A stretch of 33,494 bases of DNA from an uncultured Eggerthellaceae bacterium. GTDB taxonomy: Bacteria > Actinomycetota > Coriobacteriia > Coriobacteriales > Eggerthellaceae. A program made the position numbers and the translations under genes. Below are positions 9,559-18,964 of this stretch, piece by piece. The notes under the pieces were generated by a model. The model was not told where the DNA came from, did no database searches, and worked only from the letters and a program-made list of their open reading frames with translations. The first letter of the stretch is position 1, and each line of letters opens with the position of its first letter. The DNA lies in assembly GCA_963558905.1 (NCBI GenBank), contig CAUWJA010000001.1, forward strand, positions 1-33,494. Direction: 5' to 3'.

Positions 9559-10380
9559 GTGGCTGATGAGATGAAAGCCGTCGCCTCCGATGCGGCACCG
9601 ACCCCTCCTGTTGACGCCGCGCAGCAGATAGAGGAATTGAAGAAGCAGATCGAGGAACTCCAGAAGGCCATCGCGGCCCAGTCCGCACCCGAGCCGCAGC
9701 CGGAGTCCGCACCCGAGCCGCAGCTGGAGCCCGTACCCGTACCCGCGCCGGAGCCCGTTGCGGTGGTCGAGCCGGTTCCTTCTCCCGTTGCAGCGCAGCC
9801 GGCCGTTCAAGCCGATCAGGTCGCGGAACCTGATTCCGCCGCCACCCAGCCTGCGCCGCAGCCGGTTCCCGTCGATCCGTATTCGTATGCGCCGGTCCAA
9901 CCTGATATGTCGGCCGCCGCCGCTGCTCCCGCACCCGCTGCTCCCGAGTTCGCTTCCGCACAGAGCGTGCCTCCTGTTCCCCCCGCAGCGCAGCAGGCCT
10001 ATTCCCCGCAGACCGCCGATCCCACGTATCCGTATCAGGCCGGTCCGGGATACGCGCCGCCTGCCGGTCAGGCGTATGCCCAGCAGGCTTACACCCAGCA
10101 AGCATATGTCGCACAGACGTATTCGCATCCCAAAGATCATGTTGCGGCAGGTCTGCTGGGTGTGTTCTTGGGCATGTTCGGCATTCACAAGTTCTATCTC
10201 GGATACAACACCGCAGGGTTCATCATGCTCGGCGTATCGCTTCTGGGCAGCTTGCTCACGTTCGGACTCGCGGCTTCCGTGGTATGGCTGATCGGCTTGG
10301 TCGAAGGGATCATCTATCTGGTGAAAAGCCAGCCTGAGTTCGAGCAGACCTACCTTGCGGGAAAGCGTGAATGGTTCTGA
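9559..10380 (+). CDS. TM2 domain protein with long Pro/Ala/Gln-rich N-terminus
   Basis: C-terminal KDHVAAGLLGVFLGMFGIHKFYLG...LVEGIIYL. 24-bp duplication (SAPEPQ.E) at 9680-9727. GTG start after GAAAGG. Confidence 0.85.
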   Translation: MADEMKAVASDAAPTPPVDAAQQIEELKKQIEELQKAIAAQSAPEPQPESAPEPQLEPVPVPAPEPVAVVEPVPSPVAAQPAVQADQVAEPDSAATQPAPQPVPVDPYSYAPVQPDMSAAAAAPAPAAPEFASAQSVPPVPPAAQQAYSPQTADPTYPYQAGPGYAPPAGQAYAQQAYTQQAYVAQTYSHPKDHVAAGLLGVFLGMFGIHKFYLGYNTAGFIMLGVSLLGSLLTFGLAASVVWLIGLVEGIIYLVKSQPEFEQTYLAGKREWF

Positions 10381-10575
10381 TTCCGGGCGCGCCCGTAGGG
10401 TCCGTGCGTGTTCGGCGGCGGCGTGCGCACCGCTGAACACCACGCCTCGGGGCGGCTCCATGAATGGGTGAAAATCCAGCTCAGGGTGTGCGACGCCATC
10501 GCCATCGGCTACACTGTGCTCATGTGCATTAGCCGCTTCAAACAGGGTAATCCCAGAAAGTGATGGTGGTTTCAA

Positions 10576-12641
10576 TGGCAGCTCCCGAGACTTTGCATGT
10601 CCGCAACATCGTGTTGGTCGGACAGGATGGTGCGGGCAAGACTTCACTCGCAGAGGCAATGCTCCACATCTCCGGCCAAACTCCTCGCATGGGTACCACG
10701 CACGACGGAAAGTCGTACATGGATTACGATCCCGAGGAGATCAAGCGCAAGTTCACAATGAGCACGTCCATTGCTCCCATCCCGTACAAGGATTACAAGA
10801 TCAACCTGCTTGACACTTCGGGCCACCCCGATTTCATCGGCGACACCCTTGCCACCATGCAGGCCGCCGAAATGGCCATGTTCGTCATCGATGCTGTGGC
10901 GGGACCCCAGGTCATGACCACCAAACTGTGGAACGAAGCCGAGAACATGCGTCTTTCCCGTTCGGTGTTCATCAACCATATCGACCGTGAGAACGCCAAC
11001 TTCGACGTGATCATGGCAACCCTGCATGCGCGTTTCGGCAGCCGTCTGGGTCCGGTCACCATCCCCATCGGCGTCGACAAGGATTTCAAGGGCGTCATCG
11101 ACGTCCTGCGCATGAAGGCGCGCTACTTCGACGGCGATTCCGAGCGCGTTGAAGACATCCCCGCTGAATATGCCGCTGCCGCGCAGGCAGCTCGCGATAA
11201 GCTGTGCGACCTGGTCGCCGAAGCCGACGATGAGCTCATGATGAAGTATCTGGATGGCGAAGAGCAGCTGACCCAGGAAGAACTCGAGGCCCTGTTCGAC
11301 AAGGCCATCGCCCAAGAGCTCTTCGTCCCGGTGTTTGTGGGGTCCACCATCATCAAGCAGGGTATCCAGGGCTTGATGGAAGACATCTGCACGTACTTCC
11401 CGCATCCCACCGCGCACGGCCCCATCGAGCTTGTCGACGGCAGCTCCATCACCGTCACCAAGGAAGGCGAGCCCTCCTGCTTCGTCTTCAAGACGCTGGC
11501 CGACCCCTATGTTGGCCGTTTGAGCTTCGTCAAGGTGCTTTCCGGCACGCTGACGCCCGGCATGGATCTGGTCAACGCGCGTTCCGGCAAGAAGGAGCGT
11601 CTGGGACACATCTACCTGATGAAGGGCAAGGAGACCGTCGACGTCAAGAGCGCGAAGGCGGGCGACATCGTGGTCGTGCCGAAGCTGTCTGAGACCAAGA
11701 CCGGCGATACGCTGTCTGCCTATGGCAAGATCCAGATCGCGCCGCTGCCGTTCCCGAAGCCTCAGTATCCCGTTGCCATCGAGGCTGCGGAGAAGAAGGA
11801 AGAGGACAAGCTGAGCACGTTTTTGGCCCGCGTGGTCGAAAACGATCCCACTGTGCGCATCGAACGAAACGAGGAGACGCATCAGACCATCCTCACCGCC
11901 ATGGGCGACGCTCAGGTCGATACCATCCTGAACCGCCTCAAGGAGCAGGCGAACGTGGTGGCCAAGCTTGTGCCTGTGCGCATCCCGTACCGCGAGACCA
12001 TCCGCAAGCAGGCCGAAGCCCAGGGCCGTCACAAGAAGCAGACCGGCGGCGCGGGCCAGTTCGGCGATTGCTGGCTGCGTGTGGCCCCCAACCCCGGTGC
12101 GGGCTATGAGTTCGCGGATGAAATCAAGGGCGGCGCCATCCCCGGCGGTCTGGTTCCCGCGGTCGATAAGGGCGTCCAGGATGCCATGGCCGAAGGCTTT
12201 TTGGCCGGTTATCCCATGGTCGACATCAAGGTGACCGTGTTCGACGGCTCGTATCACCCGGTCGACTCCAACGAGATGGCGTTCAAGACTGCGGCCCGCA
12301 TCGGCTTCCGTGCCGCATGCGAGCAGGCGAGCCCTGTAATATTGGAGCCCATGGTCAACATGGCCATTACGGTGGGCGAAGCATACGCAGGTGCCATCAT
12401 GGGCGACATCTCCACCCGCCGCGGCCGTATCGTGGGCACCGACTCCGATAACGCCGGCGACACCGTCATCATGGTCCGCGTGCCGTATGCCGAAGTGGTC
12501 ACCTACACCAAGGATCTGCGTTCGCTGTCCCGCGGCAGCGGTTCGTACACGCTGGAGTTCGACGGCTACGAAGAAGCGCCGCACGATGTGCAGAAGAAGC
12601 TGGTCGAGGAATACCAGGCCAAGCGAGCAGCTGGGAATTAG
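10576..12641 (+). CDS. Elongation factor G paralogue (EF-G2/FusA2 type)
   Basis: GQDGAGKT, DTSGHPDF, PYRETI, KKQTGGAGQFG, DGSYHPVDSNEMAF. Lies outside a str operon. Start uncertain (10560-10576). Confidence 0.9.
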
Positions 12642-12674
12642 CAGTCATCACGTGCAGTGACGCGCAAGCCTCCT

Positions 12675-12712
12675 CCGCCCCGGACCGATTCGGCCCGGGG
12701 CGGTTCCGTTTC
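12675..12712 (+). terminator. Intrinsic terminator after the EF-G paralogue
   Basis: ccgccccgg (12675-83) / ccggggcgg (12695-703) stem, then ttccgtttc. Confidence 0.65.
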
Positions 12713-12775
12713 AGGGCGGCTTTGGTTCGGGACCCTGGCCCGGGGCGGTTCCGTTCCAGGGGCGGTTTCGGTTTC
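12692..12775. repeat. Imperfect direct duplication, 45-bp period
   Basis: ggcccggggcggttccgtt at 12692 and 12737, with similar downstream sequence. Confidence 0.8.
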
Positions 12776-12937
12776 AAAGCCAATCTGAAGAAATTCTTAA
12801 GGGGTGCAGGAGAGTGCGTGCGCCGGATGGCCGGACGGGGCGCGCGGCGCAACCGGCTTGCTTGGGCATGGTATGCTTTGCGGTGAAGGCGGCATCTGCG
12901 CCTTGCATGTTCAGGCCCATCACGAGGAGGGATTCCC

Positions 12938-13873
12938 ATGATGCAGAACCTGTTCTTCCTATCGGCAGACAAACGATGCGCCGCTGCGCTGCCGGACTTC
13001 GTCCCCGGAGACGTCGCCGCGTCGTCGGACCGCACCTCTCGTTTCGCCGCCGCGCCATCCGCCCCTATTCCCGGTCGCGCCGTCAAAGCGTGGGGCATTG
13101 TGCTTGCGGCTGCCGCAATCGCGTTCGCGGCATTTTCCATGGCGGGATGTACGGGCGGCAATGCGTTCGAGCCGGAGCCGCCCATCCCGGTCGACCAAAG
13201 CCGGCTTGTCGGCGACGCATTGCTCGCAGAGGCTTCCGATTCGCTTGGGCCTGATGCCGAGTGTGCAGCGGAGGGCCATCTGATAATGGCCAGCGAATAC
13301 GATGCCGGCATTCTGACGGTCTATGCGCTGACCTCGACCGGAGGATACGGTTTCCTGAACGGGTATTTCGTCAAAGTGTCCGGCACCGGAGTGACTCCCG
13401 CCGTACTCACGTTCTCCGTCCCCGAAGATTCCGGCGGACAACCTGCGCTGCTCAACATCCGGTATCCCCTTGATGGCGACCGGTATGCCGATTCCGTCCG
13501 CGAGATGATTCCAAGCGGTTATGCGGACCGTGCCCTGAATCCCACCGATGAGGATGTGGCGCTGATCCGTGAATGCGAGCAGTCGTATGCGACGGCGTAT
13601 CTGGAGGAGATGGGCCGTGAGGCGCAGGTGGGAGAGTATGGCGATTTCCCCACGGTTCTCCTTACCGACCTGGGCGTTTCCGTGGAAGTGTCGAATATGA
13701 TCCTGGAGCGGCAGGACGGGCTGCTCGAAGGTTGGCCGCTTGGTGTGGGCACGTGCGAGCGTGTCGAGGACGGTGATGATTTCATCACGTTCACGCGCAC
13801 GGTCTACGATACGGGCGAAACGGTCGAGCGGATTTACGTCGATGCTGCCACCGGCGATGTCATGATGGAATAG
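12938..13873 (+). CDS. Hypothetical lipoprotein
   Basis: GAGGAGG RBS; hydrophobic stretch ending in lipobox MAGC; acidic mature domain. Confidence 0.7.
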   Translation: MMQNLFFLSADKRCAAALPDFVPGDVAASSDRTSRFAAAPSAPIPGRAVKAWGIVLAAAAIAFAAFSMAGCTGGNAFEPEPPIPVDQSRLVGDALLAEASDSLGPDAECAAEGHLIMASEYDAGILTVYALTSTGGYGFLNGYFVKVSGTGVTPAVLTFSVPEDSGGQPALLNIRYPLDGDRYADSVREMIPSGYADRALNPTDEDVALIRECEQSYATAYLEEMGREAQVGEYGDFPTVLLTDLGVSVEVSNMILERQDGLLEGWPLGVGTCERVEDGDDFITFTRTVYDTGETVERIYVDAATGDVMME

Positions 13874-13875
13874 GG

Positions 13876-14057
13876 TGCGAAAATCCAAGTCTTTCGGGTT
13901 TCCGTAGGCTTTCAAGGGGCGCCCTGCCGTCCGTTTCCGCATCTTTGTTTTCCACGCATGAATATGAGCTGGGGAAACGCATGGTGGTCGGGTGGATGCG
14001 GACTGGAAGGGCGAGGTGGGTGCCGTGCGGAACCCGAAACAGTCGGGATTCGGTGCA
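13876..14057. repeat. Long palindromic intergenic element, copy 1 (MITE/REP-like)
   Basis: Imperfect terminal IRs tgcgaaaatccaagtctttcggg...cccgaaacagtcgggattcggtgca. Inner IR tccgcatc/gatgcgga. TGAGCTGGG at the centre. Confidence 0.65.
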
Positions 14058-14070
14058 TTTTCTCCCAGGC

Positions 14071-14107
14071 AACAGAAACGGGGCGGAACCATTATGGCTC
14101 CGCCCCG
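14071..14107 (-). terminator. Intrinsic terminator of the DDAH gene
   Basis: Minus strand cggggcggagcca-taa-tggttccgccccg followed by tttctgtt. Confidence 0.7.
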
Positions 14108-14164
14108 CATTCGGTTTGCGGGACGCCGCATGCTGCACGTCCGCGAACCGCGGCTATGCAGCTC

Positions 14165-14941
14165 TTAGAAGCGCAGGGACAGGCAGCTCAGACCGCCGTC
14201 GAGCTTGCGGTACTCAGAGGTGTCGACGACCAGGGTCTTGTAGCCCAGATCCTGAACGGCCTTCAGCACGGTGGGGTAGCCTTCGGGCACGATGACGGTG
14301 CCGTTGACCCAGATGCAGTTGGCGGCGTAGGCCTCATCCTCGGGGATGACGACCTTGTTGTACTTCTCGAAGTCGGGCTTGGTGATGAACTCGCCGCTGA
14401 CCAGCATGTTGTTGTCTTCCAGGTAGTTCACGCCGGTCTTGAGGTGCAGCACCAGCTCCAGGGGAACTTCGCTGCCGGAAAGGCCCCAGTCCTCAAGGAT
14501 CTCGATGAACTGGCGGATGCCCTCTTCATTGGTGCGGGCGGAGCGGCCGACGTAGAAGTGGTCGCCGACCATCATGACGTCGCCGCCTTCCAGCGTGCCG
14601 GGGGACTTGATGTAGGCGATGTGGTCATCGTCGAAGAACTGGCGGATGGTGGGTTCCATCTCCTTGGATTCGCCGTTGCGGCTGCCGGCGCCGGGATTGT
14701 CGATGATCGCACCGCAGCGGGTGATGACGGCGGTGTCTTCGACGAAGCAGCTGTCGGGGTACTCTTCCAGGGCGGGCAGGACGGTCACTTCGACGCCGCA
14801 CTGCTTGAGGGCGGCGATGTAGTCGTCATGCTGCTTGAGGGCCAGTTCGTAGTCGGGCTTGCCCAATTCGGGAGCGGACGTGATGCCATCGACGAGCGAC
14901 TTGGAAGGCCTGCGGACAATGACGTTGGAGAACTTGGTCAT
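14165..14941 (-). CDS. Dimethylarginine dimethylaminohydrolase (amidinotransferase superfamily)
   Basis: PDSCFVEDTAV, LEGGDV, LHLKTG, DGGLSCLSLRF (Cys-His-Glu triad). ATG 14941 follows GAAAGGAG, so the ORF-track extension is unlikely. Confidence 0.9.
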   Translation of the reverse strand: MTKFSNVIVRRPSKSLVDGITSAPELGKPDYELALKQHDDYIAALKQCGVEVTVLPALEEYPDSCFVEDTAVITRCGAIIDNPGAGSRNGESKEMEPTIRQFFDDDHIAYIKSPGTLEGGDVMMVGDHFYVGRSARTNEEGIRQFIEILEDWGLSGSEVPLELVLHLKTGVNYLEDNNMLVSGEFITKPDFEKYNKVVIPEDEAYAANCIWVNGTVIVPEGYPTVLKAVQDLGYKTLVVDTSEYRKLDGGLSCLSLRF

Positions 14942-15092
14942 GTGTTCCCAACTCCTTTCAGCTTGCTGCGCAGCGCAGCGCGTAGGAACGGTCGGCGGCT
15001 TTTGGCGCCGTGGGTATTCTACTCCATTTTGAGCCGACGGGCGCATTGCCGGCGCATCTGTTGGCGTCCTGTCAGACGTGCCGGCCGGTCCG

Positions 15093-15470
15093 TCAGTCGT
15101 CGGCGCCGGTGATGGCGCCCACGATGGCGCTCACGATGCTGATCACGATGCTGGCCACGAATGCGCTGCCGAAGCTCGCGATCACGAAATCGACCTGGAA
15201 CAGGCCGTTTGCAAGCCAGCTTGCCAGATACAGCATGAAGGTGTTCACGACCAGGGCGAAGATGCCCAGCGTGAGCACGCTGATGGGCAGGCTCAAGATG
15301 TGCAGGATGGGCTTGATGGATGCGTTGAGGCCGGCCAGGAACAGCGCTGTGATGAAGATGGCCACCCAGGGCTCGGTTCCTCCGGCGGCGGAGACGTCGA
15401 TGCCGGGAACCAGCCAGACGGCGGCGGCAACCGCGACTGCCGTGACAAGCCAACGGATGATGAATTGCAT
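15093..15470 (-). CDS. YvlD / phage_holin_4_2 family 4-TM membrane protein
   Basis: MQFIIRWLV..., LNASIKPILHILSLPISVLTLGIFALVVN; GAGGAG RBS before ATG 15470. Confidence 0.85.
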   Translation of the reverse strand: MQFIIRWLVTAVAVAAAVWLVPGIDVSAAGGTEPWVAIFITALFLAGLNASIKPILHILSLPISVLTLGIFALVVNTFMLYLASWLANGLFQVDFVIASFGSAFVASIVISIVSAIVGAITGADD

Positions 15471-15792
15471 AGCTCCTCGCTTTCGACGGAACGGATGGGT
15501 GCGGCGTCGCAGCGCACCGCGGCACACCGCAGTTCCGGCGCGTCGGCGTGCCGGCATGGCGCTGGCGGCGTTGGGCGGGTACGGCCGCTGATGCAACCAG
15601 TTTCTCATACGGGATGCGCTTCGGGCAGCGCGCGGACCGAATGGGCACGTCTGCGTTGCCCGGCTGTTTACGCGCCGTCACCTGCGTTGCGTATTCCGGC
15701 CCAAGACGACAGGCGGTTCGCCCTTAGGGTGCTTTCGTGCACGGATGCTCTTCAGGCGTCTTCTGCGCGGCATCTTCGCTACAATGCTGGGC

Positions 15793-17160
15793 ATGAAAAC
15801 CAACGACAGACATAATCCGAATCAATCCGGCAAGCCGAAGCGTCCTTCCGGCAAGGCCGGCTTCGACCGGCCCGCCCGCTCTGCAAAGCCGAAGCGTCCT
15901 TCCTCCAAGCCCGCAAATTCGTCGGAATCTTCCCATCGGACGGCGAAACCCCGGATGGATCGGCGTTCAAAAGGCGCGCTTTTCTGCCCGATAGACAGCC
16001 GCTGCGGGGGCTGCTCGCTTCTGCGGGTGCCCTACAAGCAGCAGCTGGCTGACAAGCAGGACCAAGTGGACGGCCTGTTCGCCGAGCTGCGCGATGCCGG
16101 AACGCTCGTGCACCCCATCTGCGGAATGGATGATCCGCGCCACTACCGCAACAAGGTGGTTTCGCCCTACGTGGGGGTCTATGACCGCCGCGCCCGCAAA
16201 CGCCGCATCCTGTGCGGCATGTACGAGCGCGGAACGCACCGTGTGATCGATTCGCGCGAGTGCCTGCTTGAGAACCGCCTGGCCAAGTCCATCATCCTGA
16301 CCGTACGCGACCTCATGCCCGCCTTCCGCATGGAACCCTACGATGAGGATGCCGATACCGGATTCCTGCGCCACGTGATGGTGCGCGTGGGTCACAATTC
16401 GGGCGAAGTCATGGTCACGCTGGTCACGCGTGAGGAGCGCTTTCCGGCGTCGCGCAAGTTCGTCCGCGAGCTCAAGCGCATCCATCCTGAGATCACCACG
16501 GTGGTCCAAAACGTCAACACGGCCCAGACCAACGTGATCCTCGGCAAGAAGGAGCATGTGCTCTACGGCCCCGGATTCATCCTGGATACGCTGTGCGGTT
16601 TGACCTTCCGTATCAGCTCGCAATCGTTTTACCAGGTCAACGCCACGCAGACGGAGGTGCTCTACACCCGTGCCATCCAGATGGCGAAGCTGACCGGCGT
16701 CGAGACGGTCATCGACGCGTACTGCGGGACGGGCACCATCGGCCTGGTCGCGGCCCGTGGGGTGGCGGGCGGTCCTGGCGCTGCGCGCGTCATAGGGGTG
16801 GAGGAGCGCCCCGATGCCGTGAAGGACGCCGCGAACAACGCACGCCACAACGGCATCGAAGCTGAGTTCGTCACGGGCGATGCGGGTGAATTCATGCGCG
16901 AGCGGGCGGCGGACATCGCGGCCGATGTGCTGCTCATGGATCCGCCCCGCAGCGGTGCCACGCCGGACTTCCTGAAAGCGGCATGTGCGATGGCGCCTGT
17001 TCGCATCGTCTACATCTCTTGCAATCCGAACACGCAGGCGCGTGACGTGGAATACCTGGTCGGGCACGGCTACCGCATCGCCGAAATGCAGGCTGTGGAC
17101 ATGTTCCCCCATACGGATCATGTCGAATCCATCGTCTCGCTTGAACGCGTGCAGAACTGA
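15793..17160 (+). CDS. rlmD: 23S rRNA m5U1939 methyltransferase RlmD
   Basis: CPIDSRCGGC Fe-S motif, YRNK, SFYQVN, DAYCGTGTIG, DPPRSG, YISCNP, DMFPHTDHVE. Confidence 0.92.
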   Translation: MKTNDRHNPNQSGKPKRPSGKAGFDRPARSAKPKRPSSKPANSSESSHRTAKPRMDRRSKGALFCPIDSRCGGCSLLRVPYKQQLADKQDQVDGLFAELRDAGTLVHPICGMDDPRHYRNKVVSPYVGVYDRRARKRRILCGMYERGTHRVIDSRECLLENRLAKSIILTVRDLMPAFRMEPYDEDADTGFLRHVMVRVGHNSGEVMVTLVTREERFPASRKFVRELKRIHPEITTVVQNVNTAQTNVILGKKEHVLYGPGFILDTLCGLTFRISSQSFYQVNATQTEVLYTRAIQMAKLTGVETVIDAYCGTGTIGLVAARGVAGGPGAARVIGVEERPDAVKDAANNARHNGIEAEFVTGDAGEFMRERAADIAADVLLMDPPRSGATPDFLKAACAMAPVRIVYISCNPNTQARDVEYLVGHGYRIAEMQAVDMFPHTDHVESIVSLERVQN

Positions 17161-17196
17161 ACCGCGCTGCATGCGCGCACCGGAAGGGAGCAGAAC

Positions 17197-18183
17197 ATGG
17201 CCTATTCGACATTCATCCGCGGCATGGGCGACGCGGTGGGGGATACGCCGTTGGTGCGCCTCGGCGCGCTTAGCGATGAGCTGGGTGCCGATGTCTACAT
17301 CAAGTACGAGGGCGCGAATCCCGGTGGTTCCATCAAGGACCGCGCTGCCAAGAATATGATCGACGAGGCGGAATCCGCCGGCACCATCGTGCGCGGCGAA
17401 AGCGTGCTCATCGAACCGACAAGCGGGAACACCGGCATCGGCATCGCGCTTATCGGTGCGGACCGCGGTTACCGCGTGATCTTGACCATGCCGGAATCCA
17501 TGAGCGCAGAGCGCCGCGCGCTGCTTGCGGCCTTCGGGGCGGAGCTGGTGCTGACGCCGGCGGCGGACGGCATGGCGGGCGCTGTAGCCGAAGCGCAGCG
17601 GCTTGAAGCGGAAACACCTGGCGGCTGGATCGTGGGCCAGTTCGAAAACCCCGCCAATCCTGCGGCGCACGAGAAGACCACCGGCCCGGAGATCGAGCGT
17701 GCGCTGGGGGCTGCGCCCGATTACTTCGTCGCTGCCGCCGGCACCGGCGGAACCGTGTCGGGCGTGGCCCACTATTTCAACGGGCATGTGCCCGCGCGCG
17801 GCGGCCTTGCCGCCATGGTGGGGCACGCCACGCAGGTCTTCGCCGTAGAGCCTGCGGAAAGCCCGCTGATCGCGCAGACGCTTGCGGGCGAGGAGCTTGC
17901 GCCGGGCGCGCACGGCATCCAGGGCATCGGGGCGAATTTCGTTCCTGCCGCGCTTGACCTGGCCGCGCTCGATGGCGTCATCGCCGTGACCACCGAAGAG
18001 GCCTACGCGCAGGCCCGTGAGCTGGCATGCGCTTACGGTCTGCTGTGCGGCATCTCCAGCGGTGCGAACGTGGCTGCCGTGCGCAAGCTGGTCGAGCGGC
18101 ATCCCGAAGCCCGCGGCAAGACCATCGTGACCGTGGCCGTTGACACCGGTGAGCGCTACCTGTCCTGCGGGTTGTATGGCTGA
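17197..18183 (+). CDS. cysK: Cysteine synthase A
   Basis: NPGGSIKDR (PLP Lys), EPTSGNTGI, GQFENPAN, GTGGT, HGIQGIG, DTGERYLS. Confidence 0.93.
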   Translation: MAYSTFIRGMGDAVGDTPLVRLGALSDELGADVYIKYEGANPGGSIKDRAAKNMIDEAESAGTIVRGESVLIEPTSGNTGIGIALIGADRGYRVILTMPESMSAERRALLAAFGAELVLTPAADGMAGAVAEAQRLEAETPGGWIVGQFENPANPAAHEKTTGPEIERALGAAPDYFVAAAGTGGTVSGVAHYFNGHVPARGGLAAMVGHATQVFAVEPAESPLIAQTLAGEELAPGAHGIQGIGANFVPAALDLAALDGVIAVTTEEAYAQARELACAYGLLCGISSGANVAAVRKLVERHPEARGKTIVTVAVDTGERYLSCGLYG

Positions 18184-18316
18184 TCCATCCGCGGACCGGC
18201 CGTTGCGCCGGTCGCATTCGCGCAAAGTCGCGCCCATCCGGCCTGCACTTCGGCCGTCCATTGCCGGCCTCGTCCGCCAGCCGGGTGCTTTCCATCATCC
18301 CATCAGGAGGAATCGT

Positions 18317-18964
18317 ATGACTGAAGAAGTCGAACAGGTGAAGATACAGATCATTCTGGCCAGCGGATCGCCGCGTCGCCACGAGTTGCTCAAACGAGCC
18401 GAGGTGCCGTTCACGGTGCTGGTCAGCGAAGTGGATGAATCCTTGGAGCCCGATTTGCTGGCGCGCCCCGAAGAGGCGGCGAAGAAGCTTGCCGAGCGCA
18501 AGGCCGGCGCTGCCGTGCAGCAGGTGCTGGGCGTGCCCGACTACGTCGGCGCTGCGGCGGTGATCGGGGCGGATACCATGGTGGTGTGCAACGGCCGCAT
18601 CTTCGGCAAGCCCGTCGACGAAGATGATGCTCGCCGTATGCTGCGCCAGCTGTCCGGTCGCACGCACGAGGTCATCACGGCGGTTTCGGTGTGGTTGATC
18701 TCCGCCCGCAGCGTTGAGGATGTGTCGCTCGGATTCCGCACGCTGACCGAGACCAGCCGCGTGACGTTCCGCGAGCTTTCCGACGAGGACATCGAGTATT
18801 ACGTGGCAACCGGCGAGCCCATGGACAAGGCCGGCGCATACGGCATCCAGGGCGAGGCGGGCAAGTTCGTGGCCCGCGTCGACGGGGATTTCGACAACAT
18901 CGTGGGCCTGCCCGTGGACCGTTTGCTGGAGGAGTTCGAAGAGATCTTCGAGGCGGCCCGATGA
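18317..18964 (+). CDS. maf: Maf family nucleotide pyrophosphatase
   Basis: ILASGSPRR, IGADT, GKP, DKAGAYGIQG, NIVGLP; AGGAGG RBS before ATG 18317. Confidence 0.92.
   Translation: MTEEVEQVKIQIILASGSPRRHELLKRAEVPFTVLVSEVDESLEPDLLARPEEAAKKLAERKAGAAVQQVLGVPDYVGAAAVIGADTMVVCNGRIFGKPVDEDDARRMLRQLSGRTHEVITAVSVWLISARSVEDVSLGFRTLTETSRVTFRELSDEDIEYYVATGEPMDKAGAYGIQGEAGKFVARVDGDFDNIVGLPVDRLLEEFEEIFEAAR

Noticed and set aside
15093-15470. Holin as a sign of a prophage
   Set aside because: YvlD-family genes are common chromosomal membrane proteins; no endolysin, integrase or structural genes nearby.
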